From positions 192,001 to 256,000 of the forward strand of contig CBDCKW010000009.1 in NCBI GenBank assembly GCA_965218435.1: a stretch of 64,000 bases of DNA, written 5' to 3'. Position 1 is the stretch's first letter; every line of letters begins with the position of its first letter. Position numbers and translations under genes: made by a program. Shown here piece after piece: positions 61,201 through 64,000 of the stretch. The notes under the pieces are model-generated. The model searched no databases, was not told the origin of the DNA, and worked only from the letters and a program-made list of their open reading frames with translations. The DNA comes from Truepera sp. (GTDB lineage Bacteria; Deinococcota; Deinococci; Deinococcales; Trueperaceae).

Positions 61201-62025
61201 TTACTGAATGTTGACGTAACCGCGTTCTCCGCCGAGCACTTTGTTACTCTTAGTGTCTGTTACCTGTGCACGGAAGACGTAGGCAAATTCGCTGCCTGCA
61301 CCGTCTAACTGAGAGATGTCAACCGTGCCTGCCGCGACCGTGATCGGGTAAACGCAGGTCACTTGCGTTGGGCTCGAGCTGAGGTCGCAACCGGTACCGG
61401 TAGGTTCGCCGACGGTAAACCCGCCGCGTGGCGTGCTGCTGAGTGAGCCTCTGAGGTCTGGGGGGCTGGCATTTTGAAGGATGATCTCGATGCTCTGAAT
61501 GCCGTCAGGATCGGTGTAGTCAACCTGTGCGTAAAAGGTACCGGGTGCGCCCACACTAATGATACGGGGATCGCTGTCGGTGTTGATAGCGCCATCAGCA
61601 TCATTTTCAAACGTACCGGTCGCGCTCGTATTGACGCCGAAGTTGCCTTCAGGAAAGCTCGCGGGATCGCCGGTGTTACCGCCGCCGCCACCAGGACCGC
61701 CGGACCCGGTGCCACCACTGACCGTAACCGTCGTTGACTTCGTGCTCGTCCCTTCGGAGCCGGTCGCCGTCAGGGTGTATTCCGTTGTGGTCGTAGGCGT
61801 TACTGTGACGCTGGTCTGATTCGTAACATCGCCGACACCCGAAATTGAGATGCTGGTCGCGCTGGAAGCAACGTTCCAGGTCAGCGTCGAGCTGTCACCC
61901 GGCATGATGGTCGAGGGATTTGCGGAAAAGCTGGTAATTGTTGAGCCGCCCCCTGGTAGAAGATTACAAGCTGCCAAGCTGAGCGTCAGCCCGACAGATA
62001 GAAGTCCTAACTTGCCTGCGTTCAT
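61201..62025 (-). CDS. Lipoprotein with Ig-like beta-rich domains
   Basis: Lipobox LAAC; ITSFSANP...STLTW...YTLTA; Gly-rich linker. Confidence 0.8.
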   Translation of the reverse strand: MNAGKLGLLSVGLTLSLAACNLLPGGGSTITSFSANPSTIMPGDSSTLTWNVASSATSISISGVGDVTNQTSVTVTPTTTTEYTLTATGSEGTSTKSTTVTVSGGTGSGGPGGGGGNTGDPASFPEGNFGVNTSATGTFENDADGAINTDSDPRIISVGAPGTFYAQVDYTDPDGIQSIEIILQNASPPDLRGSLSSTPRGGFTVGEPTGTGCDLSSSPTQVTCVYPITVAAGTVDISQLDGAGSEFAYVFRAQVTDTKSNKVLGGERGYVNIQ

Positions 62026-62481
62026 AAAGTTCCTCCTCTTACGTTACGGGCAGCACCCGATACAGCATAAGCGCAAAAGAGTAAGATACTGCCACTACTC
62101 TTTCTACTTTACAAGATACAAGATGAAAAACACATGACGCTTGCACACCGTTTTTGCAAATTTTGTGTATATGTTCTGAGCAGCGCAGCAAAACTGCGTG
62201 GATAACGCGGTGAATTTTTTTATAGCAGCGCGGTCAGGTACCTTTAGCACCAGGCTTAGCTGTCCACCGTAAAGCGCCGACTAAAAAGATGCTGGTACAG
62301 CAACGTTCTCGCCGACGTTATCACCGTAAAACTGATGGAGCGCGAAACGAGGTTTAGTGCGGCTAGACCTTGATACCGCGCTACCCTGGCTACGGGCCTC
62401 ACATACGAATACGTTAGCTGCGGTGCTAAAACCGCAGCTAGCTAAACGCACCGTTGACACCGGTGTCAACCCTCAGCGGAG

Positions 62482-63087
62482 CTACAGCCCGCTGCACTGA
62501 CCTTCGTTGCTGCCGGTCACAACGTTTTCTTCACCTGTAGGGGTGGGGTTGTTCCCCTCACACTGCAGGTTGCCCGTCACCATGTTGGTACTGATATAAA
62601 CGTCGCCGGTATTTTGCGACACTTGCAGGTCGCCCCCGACGACTGTATCCGCGACACTTACACCGTCACTGTTACCGGTAAGCTGGACGCTACCCGCAAC
62701 CGTCCCGTTAGCGATGTCAACCGTGCTGCCCCCGGCGAGTTCGATATTGCCACCCACGACTGCGCTGTCTAAAGTAACGTCCGCTGCTCCCTGCCCCGTG
62801 ATATTGCCCTTGACTTCGATGCTTATCGCTTCTACCAAACTAGCGCCGGAGGCCAGCGTAAGGTCGCCCTCGATGGTCGTGCTGATTAAAGAACATTCTT
62901 TACCCGCTGGTATCTCGAGGCTCGGCAAAGTTTCCGCCCCGGAAGCGCAGTCTGCGATCTCAGGCGTCCCCGGGTCATCGGTACTTGGAGGAGGAGTCGG
63001 CGCGTTGCCGGTACTGACACAGCCCGCCAGCGTCATTAACAGCGCGGCTCCTGCGGCAAATTTAGTTAAACGTAAGCGTTCAAACAT
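62482..63087 (-). CDS. Lipoprotein with beta-helix-like repeats
   Basis: Lipobox LAGC; repeated (V/I)xG(N/D)L units. Confidence 0.78.
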   Translation of the reverse strand: MFERLRLTKFAAGAALLMTLAGCVSTGNAPTPPPSTDDPGTPEIADCASGAETLPSLEIPAGKECSLISTTIEGDLTLASGASLVEAISIEVKGNITGQGAADVTLDSAVVGGNIELAGGSTVDIANGTVAGSVQLTGNSDGVSVADTVVGGDLQVSQNTGDVYISTNMVTGNLQCEGNNPTPTGEENVVTGSNEGQCSGL

Positions 63088-63353
63088 GTTAAGCTCCTTT
63101 CAAACTGAGACGCTATCTGAAAACCAGAAAAGTTGTGCCAGACTTACTTTTCTCTTACTACCGCGCTTTTCTTAGCCTTCGTTTACTGAACCTGTTTTGG
63201 TAGGAATAACAAGGGTTTTCGGACAGGTTCCAAGGTAGACGCTACAACTAAGCACGATGAAAAGAAGTAAGAACTTGGTCACTACTTATCCGCAGATGAG
63301 TTTAGAAAGCGTGTATGTTTTTCGTAAACACCGGTTTAACCGCTACATAAAAG

Positions 63354-63383
63354 CCTCGAGCCCCAGGTAAAAGGGGCTCGAGG
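63354..63383 (-). terminator. Intrinsic terminator
   Basis: CCTCGAGCCCC-N8-GGGGCTCGAGG with a left A-run. Confidence 0.7.
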
Positions 63384-63418
63384 AAACAAATCACCAACAT
63401 CAGCACGATACGGATAGT

Positions 63419-64000
63419 TTACGGCGCGGTGAAGTTGGCCACGACGTTTTTATCACTGTCCATCACCAGGACGCAGGTTGGCGAAGTACCAGCAGGACTA
63501 CACGCGCCGCCCCAGTTTACAAAGGCAGAGCCGTTTTTTGTTGCCGCTGTTAGCTCAACTTTGGTACCGGCGTCGTAGATGTTACAAGCAGTGCCACACT
63601 TTTTACCGGACGGTGACAGTCTGACGTTGCCGTACTTGCCGGTCTCGTTGCCCGGTTGCTCAATCTTAAGCGTAAAGGTGCTCGGCGACGGCGTTTCATC
63701 AACTGGAGCGACCGCTACACTTTTAGTCACCGAGGCGGTTGCCCCTTGATCGTCGGTTACCTTGAGCGTTACGTTATAAGTAGCGGCTGCCGAAAATGAC
63801 CTCGTAAACACCGGATTTCCGGTATTAACGACGGCCCCACCGTCTCCGAAACTAAACTCGTAACTGACAACTTTACCGTCAGAGTCTTTTGAACCACTGG
63901 CATCAAACTGTACCGCTAACGTGTCCGGTACCTGTTTGAAAGTAAAGTCCGCCGTAGGCGCTTTGTTACCGGGTGGTGTGGTACTACCGCTCACAGTCAC
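63419..64000 (-). CDS. Surface protein C-terminus with PKD and InlB-B-like repeat domains (5' end outside the window)
   Basis: NKAPTADF...FDASGSKDSDG...FGDG; GTKVELTA...FVNWGGAC...VANF. Confidence 0.85.
   Translation of the reverse strand: MTVSGSTTPPGNKAPTADFTFKQVPDTLAVQFDASGSKDSDGKVVSYEFSFGDGGAVVNTGNPVFTRSFSAAATYNVTLKVTDDQGATASVTKSVAVAPVDETPSPSTFTLKIEQPGNETGKYGNVRLSPSGKKCGTACNIYDAGTKVELTAATKNGSAFVNWGGACSPAGTSPTCVLVMDSDKNVVANFTAP

Overview
A GC-rich bacterial chromosomal window that looks Deinococcota (Trueperaceae-like). This is inferred from protein families, leaderless promoters and a short-tailed CarB. The left half (1-31.4 kb) is an accessory carbohydrate region: three sugar ABC systems, two LacI regulators, GH93-like/GH2/GH43/GH51/GH127 glycosidases and a sulfatase. 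It also holds a dead ISKra4-like IS, a frameshifted IS3, integrase and IS630 remnants, and a tRNA-Pro/Gly/Arg cluster. The middle (31.8-38.2 kb) is a signalling block: a membrane GGDEF-EAL protein divergent from an uncharacterised double-hotdog-like enzyme, structured non-coding DNA and an OmpR-family two-component system. The right half is housekeeping: ispF, carB, pheA, rsmD, a CPA1 antiporter, a Crp regulator, mrpA-G, DsbA, M32 carboxypeptidase, a dynamin-like protein and lipoproteins. Best leads: (1) the hotdog/GGDEF-EAL pair as a candidate signal synthase-receptor system; (2) a TTAAG-N6-TTAAG box with identical promoter geometry at the kinase gene and at a distant outer-membrane protein gene; (3) strong over-representation of the palindrome CTCGAG; (4) candidate structured RNAs at 34.9-35.2 kb. 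Family calls come from motif recognition by eye; no database searches were run.
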